Shown: positions 1-14,599, counted from the first letter of the stretch. The stretch: DNA of 64,000 nucleotides from Octopus bimaculoides (GCF_001194135.2 NC_068984.1:83419430-83483429); one strand, 5' to 3'. Notes: generated from the sequence alone by a model not told the origin. Numbers and translations are program-made.

Positions 1-75
1 GAGCGTCATACTAATATATACTTTTGTTATTTACACCACCTGTCCTCGTCTGTTGTTATTATTTGTATATTCTCC

Positions 76-108
<33 letters not shown>

Positions 109-1482
109 AATAATATATAAATATGTGCATATATCCATACATATATGTGCATACTTACATATATATGTATACATACATGCATATATGGGTACAGGGCATC
201 ACAAAAAAACGTTAAACACAATGAGAAACGAAAACAGAAAACGAACTTTTTTTCAAACAACGAAACAAAACAGAGAAACGAGACATGCAACATAAAGAAT
301 ATTTCCCTTCATCAGTTGTCCCTGTCCATCTACTCCGCGTGATTCCTTATTTCCTTGTACACAGAGACAAAATATGAGATGATATCAAATTGGAGGATTA
401 CTTTCCTTTGACAAAAGAACAAATATATAGTTTCCTTTCTTGGGTATAGAATATGAGGATTCCATTTCAAGCATAGTACCACATTTTGCAGGATAAGCTA
501 TATTGCCACTCTTGGTGTTTCACTGGTATCAGCTATTCGATTTGATGAAAAACAAGTTTAAGACAAACGAGATTTGAACTTAGACTATGAATCAAAAGAT
601 ATTAAATTAGATACTATAAAGTATGCCGTCCAGCTATCTTAATATTTAATTAAATCTAGTTATGTGTAATCTCAGAATAGCTGACCAGAGGGACACGATC
701 ACTTATTGCCAAGTAAAGAATCTATTCTGATGCTATATATGTTAACATGTTTAGTTGTGTGTATGTTGACTAGGTAGAAGTATAACTTCTTTAGAGTGTG
801 ATGTAATCGACAGAACTAACTACACTGACATTACTAGTTATTAGTAATATTTATTTCATTTGACGCTTCGTGGACCCTTTTTATACATCCTTATTTTCTG
901 AAATGGAACAAGAAGTTAACTATACGTTTGCTTCTGAGAGTGGGAAAAAAAGCCACTATCAGAAAGCAAAATTAAGATATGAACTGAGCTAGTTTAGTCA
1001 CTATATAACCCACTCGCTACGTTGTTCTATCAATACAAACTGTTCTATAGCCTCTCCGGAAGTACACAGAAACCAAACATGCGTAAATTAAGACAAGTGT
1101 CATAATGGCACACAGAAATACACACACACACACACACACACTTATATACACAAAGCACATACTCACTCACGCATACACACACACATAATTATAGAGGGAA
1201 ACACAGGCGCACTCTTTCACACGTACACAGGCCAAAATATAACAAACTGTTCAACCAAGCCGTTTAACTGACAGGAACAACTCAACATTACGCTGGTCTA
1301 TAAACTCTTCAGACGTATATTTAATCAAACACGTATGAAGGAATAGCTGTACCAGAATCTCAAACAGAAATACACCGAAATACAAACACATAACCATGCA
1401 CACAACCACACACTCGCACAATTATGTATAATATGCTACACGTATATTCACACGCTTATACATATATTTGTATATACGTACG

Positions 1483-1770
1483 TATGTATGTATGTATGTA
1501 TGTATGTATGGATGGATGGATGGATGGATGGATGGATGGATGGATGGATGTGTGTGTGTGTGTATTTGTGTGTTTGTGTGTGTATGTGTGTGTATGTATG
1601 TATGTATGTATGTATGTATGTTTGGATGGATGGATGGATGGATGTGTGTGTATGTATGTGTGTATGTATGTATGTATGTATGGATGGATGGATGGATGGA
1701 TGGATGGATGGATGTGTGTGTATGTATGTATGTATGTATGGATGGATGGCTGTATGTATGTATGTATGTA
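1483..1770 (+). repeat. Compound (TATG)n/(GATG)n/(TG)n microsatellite
   Basis: Alternating blocks read directly; they generate the spurious MYVC/WMDG ORFs. Confidence 0.95.
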
Positions 1771-2344
1771 TTCGACACCGTTGTTAGTATAATTTCCTAA
1801 ACCTTCCCCCAACGGTCAGCGTTAAATGTGACATCATGCGTAATTGCAAGTGACCACTGATAACATAGAACCAAGATGTGACCGTTATGATTACTTCTGT
1901 CCACTGAAATACTTGGACAACAGAGGAAGGTCTCTCTGTAGTCAGTTGACCTGCTAGAAATAACTATCAAATTGGTCTTAAATCAAACCCAAGTCTTTTT
2001 TTCACATTGGATTTAACTATCCTCAGTAAACATAAGATAGAGAAGGCTGGGGTACCTTCGACCTATTAATCTGGTACTAAAGCATCAACAATAACGACAG
2101 TACCAACAGTGATAATGATGCCCGACCCCACTAAAATAACCATTGTGGAACCAGTAGTGACAAGAACAGTAGCTGCAACTAGTACAACAACAACAACAGT
2201 AATAACAGTTACTATAGCAACTACTTCCATGACAACAATAACTACTACCACGGCAAAAACCATAGCAACTGTTGCCATTACATTGTTTTATTAGTGTCCA
2301 ATTCTATATCGACAGATTCAGATTTATGCGGAGTAACGCGCGTT

Positions 2345-2371
2345 CGACACATACAAACACAAACACACAAA

Positions 2372-2449
<78 letters not shown>

Positions 2450-2801
2450 GACTCACACATATGCTCCTATATGTATTCATACATGCATGCATGTATACAC
2501 ACATGCATACATACAAATATATATATATATACATTCATGCATACATATATACATACATACGTACATACATACATACGTCTACGTGTCCGACACATACACG
2601 GCCATGTACAATTATAAACTTGTACACACAAACAGATATACGAACCTATATATATCCACAGTAACTCACATACACATACAGACACACACACACGCACACA
2701 GACACAGACACAGACACACAAACACGTGTGGATTTATCTCTCCCGTCCTCACAGACATACATAAACATCCAAAATCATACTCATATATTTTTATATATAA
2801 A

Positions 2802-2851
<50 letters not shown>

Positions 2852-2865
2852 ACGCATACACACAC
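2345..2865 (+). repeat. (CA)n/(TACA)n microsatellite region
   Basis: Read directly. Confidence 0.9.
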
Positions 2866-2973
2866 ATTCTCATATCTTATAGTTAGTTTCACACCCTGTT
2901 AATGTCCATTTTCTACATCTCTTTCTCTGAACAACATACTCCTCTCATCTGTATACTCACTTCCTCTCCCTTA

Positions 2974-2975
<2 letters not shown>

Positions 2976-3064
<89 letters not shown>
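2976..3064 (+). repeat. (CT)n microsatellite
   Basis: Read directly. Confidence 0.95.
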
Positions 3065-3611
3065 TCCATTCTCTATCCTACTTTTTCATCCATTTCTTTT
3101 TTTGTGTTCTTACATCTTCCTTCTGTTTCTATTTACTCTTCTCTCTCTTCCATCAAAATTCATGATTTACTCTAGACCAAACATAGCAGACTCAAGCCAT
3201 CTTGCGTAAATACCATGATTCATACCGCCGTGCCTAGACTATTAATCCTTAGTGGACTACACAGAATTTTATTTCTATTTTATTTGACTCTATCTTATTC
3301 GTTTGTTTATTTGACGATTTGAAATGTAAGGTATTATAGCTTTTGCATTTAATAATAAACATACAATTTAAATCTCAGTTTGAAAAGTAAACAACGTGTC
3401 ACACCAGAATTTTTTGTGTCTCCGTTAGCAGTAATACGACTGATGTGAATTGTTTTTAGTGTTCATAGACCTTCTTCAGAGAAAGAATATACATCATATG
3501 TCTGTCCTCAGAAACATCGGCAGCATTTAGCTATTTATAGTGTAAGCAAATAAAAATAGTCAGTTATTTACTTTTTACGGCGACGCTGAAGTTTTGCTTA
3601 TCTTTTACATA

Positions 3612-3975
3612 TTGCAGTCATTTGACAGCAGCCATGCTGGGCCACCACCTTGAAGTGTTTTAGTCAAACGAATTGACCCCAGGACTTCTTATTATTTTTT
3701 AAATCCTAGTACTTATTCTGTAGCTCAGTTTAGCTGAACTGCTAAGTTACGAGGAGGGTAAACGCACGCTGTCAAGCGATGGTAGGGACAAACAGGCACA
3801 AAGACACGCACATACACACACATATATATACGACGGGCTTCTTTCAGTTTCCGTCTACCAAATCCACTCACAAGGTTTTAGTCGGCCCGAGGTTATAGCA
3901 GAAGACACTTGTCCAATTGCCACGCAGAGGGACTGGACCCCGAACCATGTGATAAGGAAGCAAGCTACTTTTGCC
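3612..3975 (-). mobile_element. tRNA-derived SINE family A (head + CORE-like segment + internal microsatellite + conserved tail)
   Basis: On the minus strand: decayed tRNA-like head, ttgggcaagtgtcttct-like CORE-type segment, gagtggatttggtagacggaaactgaaagaagcccgtcg, then (TA/TG)n, then the tail gtccc..cgcttgacagc..agcatggctgc..aaatgactg. Same layout recurs at 4468 and 30415. Confidence 0.8.
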
Positions 3976-4284
3976 CACCTCCACCTTGAGTACTGCTGTC
4001 CCCTGTGGTCCCTTATTGGATTGCACCAATAATTTAGGAGGTAAACTGTCACACATTATGTCACGCTGGATTTTTTTTACCAGAGAATTACATTACATGC
4101 ACACGCATGTGAATGCAAAGCCAGTTACACTTTCATACAAGAGCAAGTAATTTTAGTGACCGAACAATTGAATCCTTATCGTCGCATGACGAAGATCCAC
4201 CACCGTACAAACAGACAGGGAGGGAGGCAAACCGTCAGGCAGACAGACTGACAGACACGCAGGCAGGTAGACAGATAAACAGGC

Positions 4285-4329
<45 letters not shown>

Positions 4330-4467
4330 TCAGTGTTTCCTGCATGAAATAGAGCCCGAGGATATATGGATGCAAATACGAAATCAGATTTTAACGTAGA
4401 TCATACACTCTTATAGGATACAATTAAAAAGAAGATACTTGCATATCAAAGCCAACCAGCTAGAAGA

Positions 4468-4872
4468 TATATTCTTTTATTCTTTTACTTGTTTCAGTCA
4501 TTTGACTGCGACCATGCTGGAGCATTGCCGCAGGGATTTTGGTCGAAGAAATCGACCCGTTGACTTATTCTTTGTAAGTCTAGTACTTATTCTATCGTTC
4601 TCTTTTGCCGAACCGCTAAGTTACAGAGACGAAAACACACCAAGTGATAGTGGGGAGATAAACACAGACACAAACACACATACACACACACACACACATA
4701 CACACACACACACACACATACACATACATATTTACGATGGTCTTCTGTGGGTTTCCGTTTACCAAATCCACTCACAAGGCGTTAGTCGACTGAAGGTTAT
4801 AGTAGAAGACACTTGTTTTAAGGTACCACGCGGGCTGAACCCGGAACCCTGTGGTTGGGAAGCAAACCTTTT
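4468..4872 (-). mobile_element. SINE family A, complete copy with internal (CA)n
   Basis: Tail ttcttttattcttttacttgtttcagtcatttgactgcg at 4472, (CA)n at ~4670-4730, head ...accaaatccactcacaaggc...gaaccctgtggttgggaagc to ~4870. Confidence 0.85.
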
Positions 4873-5236
4873 TGTGTAAGAAACTTTATTGTGGTGTTGG
4901 GAGTGCACATTTCCCAGTATCTTGAAAGCAATAAAGCCAGTAGCAAAGACCATTGTTATCTTTTCGTAATTAAAAACATGACACAGCTTTCATACCGTAC
5001 TTTTAGTCACTTTGTGGACAATTTTTCTACAAATCAACAATTCTCGACAATTCTACAATTTTCTAGAAGTCGACAGTCTTCTGCAAACAGTGGCTGGAGG
5101 TTTGCAATCTTTTGCAATCATTTTTATACTAGCCCTCACTGTGTTATATGCATATGATTTTTAAAAGTTTACAATCTTTTATAAATATGTTGACAATATT
5201 CCACCCATGGTGTTTGTTTATTTGTCTATTTGCGAA

Positions 5237-5445
5237 AGGCGACGAGCTGGCAGAATCGTTAGCATGCTGGACCAAATGCTTGGCAGTATTCCGCCCATCG
5301 CTACGTTCTGAGTTCAAATTCCGCCGAGGTCGACTTCGCCTTTCATCCTTTCGGGGTCGATAAATTAAATACCAGTGAAACTCGATGTAATCGACTATAA
5401 CCCTCCCACAAATTTCAGGCCTTGTGCCTATAATAGAAAGGATTT
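5237..5445 (+). mobile_element. tRNA-derived SINE family B
   Basis: ggcgacgagctggcagaatcgttagc (A-box-like), gttctgagttcaaattcc (B-box-like), gaggtcgacttcgcctttcatcctttcggggtcgataaa, and 3' end aatttcaggccttgtgcctataatagaaaggatt. Confidence 0.85.
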
Positions 5446-5989
5446 TTCCATTTGCTTTTATGTATTTTGGTTTAAACTACATAGATAAATTTAATTGTTT
5501 TGAACTTGAGCTGAAGTGTTTGCAAATGATGAAGTACATTTCGATCAGGACTTTAGCTTTAAGAAAAAGAAAAAAAAAGAAAAAAAAAACACCGATATAA
5601 CCTTGCATTAAAAGAAAATATAAACGATTTTTTCACTACAAAACAAAACAATTGTATTTGATATAACAGATATTTCCGGAAAATGGGGGAGATTTTTCAG
5701 TAGTAGTTTCAGTATAGACCGTGTGTTTGTGAACAAATTCTCTAAGCTATGTCTCACCCCTTTCCTAAAGGATAAAAGAAAATGACCTCAACATGAAAAT
5801 GTGATTTTCATTGCCAGTTTGCTTCCGCATTATAAAGAATTTTGTTGCCATCCGGTGCCGAATCGGAAACGCTAATTAACAAAGACATCTTTTGGTTCAG
5901 CGTAAATCCAGCACCCCAACTTCTCCAAAAAAATTTCTCATAATCATTAGATTATGAGATAAAATTTCTAGTACTATCTATTGCTGCTG

Positions 5990-6011
5990 TTGATGATGAT
6001 GATGATGATGA

Positions 6012-6075
<64 letters not shown>

Positions 6076-6076
6076 G
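5990..6076 (+). repeat. (GAT)n(GAC)n trinucleotide repeat
   Basis: Read directly. Confidence 0.95.
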
Positions 6077-6611
6077 AGGAGAGTACTGCTGTTGTTGATG
6101 TTTTTGTTGTTTAGCAACAATCCAACCTTCATCGTTACATTCGGATTTATTTGTATTTCCTTTTGTCAGATGGTGATGGTGTAGTGATACGGTGATCAAT
6201 TAGTCGAAAGCAGAGGTAACAACAGAAACCATGAGAAGTAACTCTGTGGACGAACAGGGAAGAATTAACTGGAAACAGGAAGCAGGTGGGAGTCAAGAAA
6301 TAGGAGCAGATGGGAAATAGGAGACTGATGTGGAGTGGGGTGTAAATATATGTAGAGAGAGTTAGAAAAGAAGTCAACATAGAGGGGAAAATACAAATGT
6401 ACAGGAAATGCGAAAACGAATGCGACCGAATTTTACATCGTTTCCGTCTTCGCAATTCCAATTTATGTGAAAGGGAGGAGGCTTTGAAATTATAAAAATG
6501 ATGAGTAACAAGTTGTTGCAAAAGAACTTTAAAGACAGGGTAGTTATATTTTGAGGGTAAGTAGGTACAAGGGTACCAGGAAGCAAGACTAACTGACTTT
6601 GACTTCTGTAT

Positions 6612-6810
6612 TTCAATCTTCCAACTTTATATCAACAAAGGCGTAGTAAGTAGGCCAACATTCCTCTTTCAAGGTGGATTGGAGCAGTGTGAAATTGTGT
6701 GTTTTGCCGAAGTAAACAACGTGCCGCCCGTCTGACAATCGAGTCCGACGGGAATCGAACTCACGATCAAATGATTGTGAGTGCAGCAGCCTAACCAGTA
6801 GGCCATGCAT
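6612..6810 (-). mobile_element. Decayed tRNA-derived SINE (family D-like)
   Basis: Minus strand reads gcatggcctactggttaggctgctgcactcac...gtgagttcgattcccg...aatttcacactgctccaatcca. Confidence 0.6.
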
Positions 6811-7562
6811 TTTCATATATAAGGGAGTATGTGCATATATCTAAAATTACAAAAGTGACACAAACGGACTGAGTTTGAAAGAACGCACTTTAAAACGTTT
6901 AAGAGGAAACGTCTCGAAAACATAAAAGAAATTTTAAGTGATGATTTATACACTATGATGATTTACACCCTATGATTCGTCATTACAAATACTGGTCATT
7001 GTTAAGGGTCAAACAAAATTAATGTGGGAACCGGGGAATCTCTTACGATCTCCTCTGAATTTTTCAAACAAGTTAATTGCATCGAAACTCTTGTCGTTGA
7101 CTCACTTTTGTGACTTTCTGCCGATTAAAAGTATCTATCAAATATATATACGTATACGTTTTTTATCTGTAGCTGTTTATTTACAATGCATTTTTTTATT
7201 TATTAAGTAACGGTACGCATGCGCACCCGATATTTTTAACAGTAAGTTTATATATANNNNNNNNNNAATCAAATTAAATATGTGACAGTGGATTTTCATC
7301 GATGAGTTCATGAACCTTGGTTCTTTTCCCTAAAACTATATATATATATATATATATATTGTTATATTTCGGAACGGTCATTTTTTTTCCTTTGCCAAAG
7401 ACACACACTATATATTCATTCTTCACTTATTTATTATTGTTCTTATTCTCTGTCCAATGTTAGGAAATCTTTCATTTCACAACTGTGACCTCTTCAGTGA
7501 CTCCTCATCCCACATGTCTCTTCCTATTCTGTATATGTATGTAAACATACATACAAAAGTCT

Positions 7563-7621
<59 letters not shown>

Positions 7622-7683
7622 TAAGTATACATAAATGTATGTATGTATATAAACGTATGTATGTATGTACTAATCAAAGAATG

Positions 7684-7892
7684 CAGTATAATAGATCCTT
7701 TTCCATCGATCTTATCAATCGGTTTCGCACCGAGAATAAGCTAACCGGATATTAGATGATAGGGCGGTTAACAAACACCAAGTACTCTCAGAGAATGCTT
7801 AGTTAAACACCGGGTTATCTAATATCTAGTTATGAAATATCCAATGTGAAACTGATTGGTAAGACTGACTGAAATGGATCTATAATACGTAT
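7684..7892. mobile_element. Probable small palindromic MITE
   Basis: Terminal gtataatagatcc / ggatctataatac and internal aaccggatattagat / atctaatatctagtt inverted pairs. Confidence 0.45.
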
Positions 7893-7972
7893 TCTTTGAT
7901 TACTCTGCCTACTGAATTGACAAAAATATGAACGTATATATATTTTTCCTGACTTACGGATTCTTAGATGAA

Positions 7973-8005
<33 letters not shown>

Positions 8006-8380
8006 AAACAAAACTTGTTAACAGAAATGAAAGAAGTATGAAAGGGAAAAGAGTACAACAGTCGAAGTTTTACCTTGTATTTCTTCGATATCTCGAGATT
8101 AGAACCTCCTTTTCATCGGGACACGGTGAGATGATGAAAGAAATATCGAAAAATACATAGTATAATTTCAAATGTAGTTCTGCTTGAATTTGTATATTTC
8201 TTTCTTTGCAATGTTTAGGCCTTAAGTTTTAATCTAATCAAACATCACACAATGCGTCACCCATTCTTTCCATTTCAAAATTTGAAACCAGAATTACAAT
8301 TGTTTCGGTACCATTTCGTTTGTAAAAGTTACGCATTATTTGTAGTTGACTATTTTGGAGTGGAACTTTCATCAGACTGG

Positions 8381-8440
<60 letters not shown>

Positions 8441-9448
8441 ACCAGCTATCGTAAATGCAATGCCCCAGACAATGTTTAAAATTTGGGATGGTAACTATGT
8501 TAAAAGCTTAATATTGTAATTATATCGATCCCGGGGCGATGAAATGTAGTCAATCCGGCCGGAGTCGAATTTCTTTTTCATCCTTCCCATCGATAAAACA
8601 ATATACTAATCTATTATAGAGATCGATTGACCCTCTTGCCACAAAACCGCTGGCCTCATGTTTTAAATCAGAAAGCATTTTGCGGCCTTCGTGGACAATA
8701 AAGAAAGTATTATTATTAGTCATCATCATCATAATAATAATCATCATCATCGTCATCGTCATCATAATCCTCATCATCGTCATCATCGGCAACACATCAC
8801 AGAGACATGGAAATACAGCCAGGCGGGACTGGCTCAGATGTGAGCAGAGCGACGAAAACTGCACTGCATGTATTAGCGTTGCATCCGAATTTGCTGAACA
8901 GCTGTTGTCGCGTGCAAGATGAATCTGGCTTCGGCTAAGCCCATTATGAAAACAGCCTCATCACCCACCTTTAACAAAGCAAAGCAAGCAATGTTGCTCT
9001 GTCCGATAGCATTGGCGAAAGAGATTGTGTTGTGGGCGAGTCTGAAAGGACTGAGGACAGATGCTTTCCTCTTTGGTCTTGCTTCTCATTAAGCATGAAA
9101 AGGAAAGTGTGGGTGGAGAGGGAAGTTCCCCCACCCCACCTGTGAATTTGTTAAAAAGTAAGCAAAAAATGTCAGAGTGAGCGGAACTATATAGGCATGT
9201 GTCTGTAGATTGGAAAACAACATTTGGGTAAGAGTTCATGTTCTTGGCGGGGTGCCTTAGTTGATCCTCGTTGGAGGTTCTCCTGTATCAGGACTGTATC
9301 ATCTTTGTGTTCAAATATTTTATAGACGTACATGTTATCCCATCTTTCTTCTTCCATCTTTTTCCCTTGCCCTTTAAGGGACGCCCAGTATAAATTTAAA
9401 CTGTTCCACTCCTCAGACGCCCCTGTGGCAAATATATCATTACCATTG

Positions 9449-9516
<68 letters not shown>

Positions 9517-9895
9517 AGACCGTGAGGTGGCAGAATCATTAGCACGCCGGTATTTAGTCTGTTATCACGTTCTGAGTTCAATTTCCGCCGAGGTCGACTT
9601 TACCTTTCATTCCCTCCCCCAAATTTGCTACCCTTGTGACAAAATTTGAAACCATGATGATTATTATTGCTACTACTACTACTACTACTACTACTACAAC
9701 TACTGGTAATATTAGTTTCAAGATTTGATACGAGGCCAGCAATTTTGCGGGAGGGTCTAAGTCGATAAAATTGACCCCAGTGTTCAACTGGTACCTATTT
9801 TATCGACCTCGAAAGAATGAAAGGCAAAGTCGACTAGGGCAGAATTTGAACTCAGAACGTAATGACGAACGAACTCTCGCTATGCCTTTACCACA
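9517..9895. mobile_element. Two SINE family B copies (plus 9517-9665; minus ~9705-9895) separated by trinucleotide repeats
   Basis: ggtggcagaatcattagcacgccgg...ccgccgaggtcgactttacctttcat on plus; ctggtacctattttatcgacctcgaaagaatgaaaggcaaagtcgac...aatttgaactcagaacg reads the same family on minus. Confidence 0.7.
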
Positions 9896-10258
9896 ATTGA
9901 TATTAACAATAATAATAATACGGCTATTATTATTTCTTTTCCAAGTTCGTTATATAGTTTAATCTAATATATTACAGGCACTTTTCTCCCATTTTTATTT
10001 CCTTTGTACCTCTTGGTTACAGTAACTTTTACAATTTATACACTTCACCCATTGTTTTCTTACAAATGTTGTTCTTTTTTTACTTCTTTGCTTCCTTGTA
10101 TTCCGTCTTATTCTTTCCTCTTTCATTTCTCTCCCCTTGATCTTTTCCATTTTTTTTCTGTCTCTTTTCCTTTCCGTCTTCCTTTCTAAACAAATCCGTT
10201 GAAACACGAACGTTACTAACTTAAGAAATCACATACTCACACACATCTGTGTGTGTGT

Positions 10259-10317
<59 letters not shown>

Positions 10318-12739
10318 CGCGTGTGCGCGTTTATGTGTGTGTGTTGTGTCATCACCTGCAGGTTTCGAATGCTATCTGCTAGCCATTGCATCAAAGCGGT
10401 AAAAAAAAGACCTAATTACATGGAGAAATGCACTATCGTACCCACATATACACAGAAACACACACACACACACACACACACGTACACACTCATACACAAA
10501 CACCGACATACAATTACACGGATACAAACATATACAAACATATACAGGCACAGAAACACACATACTAGCTGCACAAAGTATTTATTTCAATGGATACACA
10601 AGTACTCAAGTTCATNNNNNNNNNNNNNNNNNNNNNNNNNNNNNNNNNNNNNNNNNNNNNNNNNNNNNNNNNNNNNNNNNNNNNNNNNNNNNNNNNNNNN
10701 NNNNNNNNNNNNNNNNNNNNNNNNNNNNNNNNNNNNNNNNNNNNNNNNNNNNNNNNNNNNNNNNNNNNNNNNNNNNNNNNNNNNNNNNNNNNNNNNNNNN
10801 NNNNNNNNNNNNNNNNNNNNNNNNNNNNNNNNNNNNNNNNNNNNNNNNNNNNNNNNNNNNNNNNNNNNNNNNNNNNNNNNNNNNNNNNNNNNNNNNNNNN
10901 NNNNNNNNNNNNNNNNNNNNNNNNNNNNNNNNNNNNNNNNNNNNNNNNNNNNNNNNNNNNNNNNNNNNNNNNNNNNNNNNNNNNNNNNNNNNNNNNNNNN
11001 NNNNNNNNNNNNNNNNNNNNNNNNNNNNNNNNNNNNNNNNNNNNNNNNNNNNNNNNNNNNNNNNNNNNNNNNNNNNNNNNNNNNNNNNNNNNNNNNNNNN
11101 NNNNNNNNNNNNNNNNNNNNNNNNNNNNNNNNNNNNNNNNNNNNNNNNNNNNNNNNNNNNNNNNNNNNNNNNNNNNNNNNNNNNNNNNNNNNNNNNNNNN
11201 NNNNNNNNNNNNNNNNNNNNNNNNNNNNNNNNNNNNNNNNNNATATATATATATATATATATATATATAAATCAAAAAAAGCAACACGGATTTTAAAGGT
11301 TATTGCAGTACGCACGTTTCATGCTACTCCATTTATTTAAGTAATGCGAGCATTACATTAAATGCAAAATGCAGAGCAATCTTCAGCTCCACAAGGATAT
11401 AGAAAATTTTCAGTAAATTTTCTATATCCTTGTGCAGATGACACTTCAGTTTTAATTCAAATATACATATTCTACTTTTTGTATTGAGTACATTTTCCTC
11501 GTTTTAAAGACACTGATTCACCAAGCCATTCGCAAACATAGATACACTCACAAGTGCAAACACATACACAAACAGGGAAAGAAACTACACGCTCGCGATT
11601 TTATTAATAAGCAATGATGAATAAGGGACTTGATGCGAAAGCTTTTAGAAAAAAAAAAGATGAAAATAAGAAAGTAAAATGAAAGAAAAGAAAATAAGAT
11701 ATGAACTAGAAGAAATAATACTAAAGAACATTCCTTAAAACAGTTAGTTGAAAACATCTGTGCTTATTTTGTGACAGGAGTGAATAGCGGATAACAAACT
11801 GGTGATTTGTTATATGAAAGTCTAATGATCAGCTGGAGAGAATTTGTTTTGTATAAAGACAAGGGTTTATTTCAAGACAGCGTTTGGCTTACTCGATGTA
11901 TGTTTCCCCACACACACACGCATTTTTTTCTTCCTTTTTGCTATCTTAAAAATATGCCGTTTACATTTAAGTGTATTTCTATATATGTTCACTGAACTAT
12001 ATACTAAATACTGCGTACAAAACTTATTCTTGACATAATCAAGTCTCATAACCAGCTCTACTTCCCAGTTCTTAACAACACTTCTGGCTTTTTACTCTTA
12101 GACCCCCACACGCTATTTCATAGCTTCCACTCAACATATAGCAGATTTTTACAGGAAGCACAACGACTCTCGTATCTTCGTCGTAACTATAGTATGTATG
12201 TCGGTAAAGTACTCGACACTATTCCCCACATTATCCACTCATCTCTTAAAAATATCAAACAATAACTACTGAATAACGTAAAGCAATTACTTCTTGTATT
12301 GTGTCTGTCAACGTTCTGCTTTACTACCAATCTTCACTTTCCATAAGCTAGCTTCTTCGAAATTCATGTGTACAGATCCATTCTCATTCTTTTATATAGA
12401 AACCATATAAGTTTTTAATATTAAGGCAGAGCCGAGGTGGGTAAAAATAAGTACCAGTTGAGCACTGGTGTCAATGTTATCGACTTCCCCCACTCCTGAA
12501 ATTGCTGGCCTTGTGACAAAATTTGACCCCCCAATATTAAGCAGATCTGAATAGTAATGGGGGAATCATCGGCAGAGCATCGGTCAAAATATTTCGTAGT
12601 GGATAGTTATGTACCTTTACGATTTGGGTTCAGAATCACACAGAGGTTAACTTTACATTTTTATTTTTCCATAGTCGATGAAATGAAGCACCAGTTAAAT
12701 GCTCCTCTTGTACTTGTGTGATAAGTCAAAATTAGATCA

Positions 12740-12960
12740 TTATCTTTAAAATTGTGATAGGATAGCTGATGTGGAAAATTTTTGTTGGATTTGATCTATA
12801 CTTAAATGCTTGCATTTTATCTAGTACTGACCATACGATGCATGTCTCTCAATTTCCAAATGTGTTTTGAAAGTGATGTGGAAGTTTGATGATGACGATG
12901 ATGGCATGAACTGTGGTACTGATGTGGTACAGTTTGCCAAACAAGGTTGACTACATGTAA
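12740..12960 (-). mobile_element. Penelope-like GIY-YIG C-terminal fragment
   Basis: Minus translation TSTSLSKHIWKLRD then, after a frameshift, IVWSVLDK, matching the Penelope motif TSLSKHIW.LK...I.WSIL. Confidence 0.6.
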
Positions 12961-13458
12961 CTTTCAGGTATGGGTTAGTAATTCTGGTTACCAGATATAG
13001 TTACACATATGCGCATACATGCACACACGCACACACATACACACACACATACATATATTGCTGTATACATATATGACTCTTTATATGTATCTCAATCTCG
13101 CATTACCTTATATATGTTGTAGAGGAAGAGAGAGACAAAGAAAGAAAGAGGAATTGTAATACAATATAGTACGTTTAGAATACTATGAAGGGCTGTACAA
13201 ATAGCTTGTGAAAGGGGAGACATTTTTGGGGCCGAAAGGCAAGGATTAGATTATTAGATGAGCGGTTAGTGTTAGGTTTCGTTTTTGGCTCAGGCAAACA
13301 TTCACGCGCGCGCACGCACACATGCACACGTTTATATATGTATGCATATATGTATAAATTACCTTCATGAATTGATGCATACATGCCCACGGCATGCACA
13401 CAGTAGAAGGAAGCAATCATACACATATATGCACTCAAACATGCATGCCTAAATGCAG

Positions 13459-13527
<69 letters not shown>

Positions 13528-13829
13528 CAAGCATATAAGCATAAATACATATATACATAGACGCACTTATACGTATATCTATACATCTGTAATACTGTAT
13601 AGTGGGACTAACATTTCTTCCCTTTTGACAACTTTTTGATACAATATAATGCACTTATTAATCGTATAATGAATAATTAATTACATATCTCTAACAACGC
13701 AAATACTACAAAGAACTACTGCTCCACCTCTAAAGATAGTCTTTCACCTTGTAAATAAAAACTTAACCAATGGGCCATCGCCGCTGAACGGAGATCATCT
13801 GTTTGTAACACTACTACTACATTGGTCTC

Positions 13830-14120
13830 TGCTCCTTTTAAGCTTCATAATGATATAATACCTAAATCTGCTAGCCCTACTCCTTTCTTTTCCTCTTCCT
13901 TCTCAACCCTTTCCATCCTCCACCTACTCCTCCTTTTCCTTGTAACTCACTGGTTAGGCTCCAAATCTTCTTGTTCTTTCCAGTTCTGTTTTTACAGTCT
14001 ATTTTTAAAAGATATTTCTGCAAGCGCTCGTTACCACCGCCTACTCCATCATCTATATTTTCCAAAATTGTCTGGTGTAAGAGGTACGCTTCCTTTTACC
14101 TGCAATGTACTTAATATGTA
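13830..14120 (-). mobile_element. Probable decayed LINE ORF2 fragment (RTE-like)
   Basis: Purine-rich minus-strand frame with KNRTGKNKKIWSL, resembling the APE-RT linker. Weak match. Confidence 0.3.
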
Positions 14121-14599
14121 ATAAAACAAAGAGGAACTCTTCTTTTACCTAACTACATTTAAAGGAAGGCCGGAGAGGAATTTATCAGATATTGCTAGAA
14201 TCGTGATACAGGCACTATCATGGTATCAAAAACCCAGTCTCTGATGACATAGCCGTACTAATAATAGTAACAAATATAACGGTAATATTAATAGCATCAA
14301 CAAAACTTACAATAATAGTAACAATAGTGTTTCTAATTTTGTAATAGTTGTTCTTAATTAGTAAATAATAATAACAACAACAACAACAACAATGACGACG
14401 GCGGCAACAGCAACACAGCTCATGTTACACACAGTACGCTCAACAAAGCATGCACTAATGTAACTAGAAATGAAAAACTAAGCCCCATAACAAAACAGAA
14501 CTGGTGCATTATACCAACAGGAGTCTATACTCCCCTAATCCTAACAAAAATAGGAACACAATGCTGCACATAGTTCAGGAACACGAAGATGCAACAGAT

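Noticed and set aside
1422-2882. Numerous 60-130 aa ORFs (MYVCMYV, HTHTHT, TTTT mucin-like)
   Set aside because: Translations of di-, tri- and tetranucleotide repeats, with no domain content or splice structure.
8790-9310. Complex, moderately GC-rich segment with short ORFs on both strands
   Set aside because: No convincing protein motif or splice sites in any frame; probably an old TE fragment I cannot assign.
10249-11340. Long ORFs up to 413 aa over N-runs (also 25193-26468, 42482-43643, 63023-64000)
   Set aside because: Open only because N codons contain no stops.
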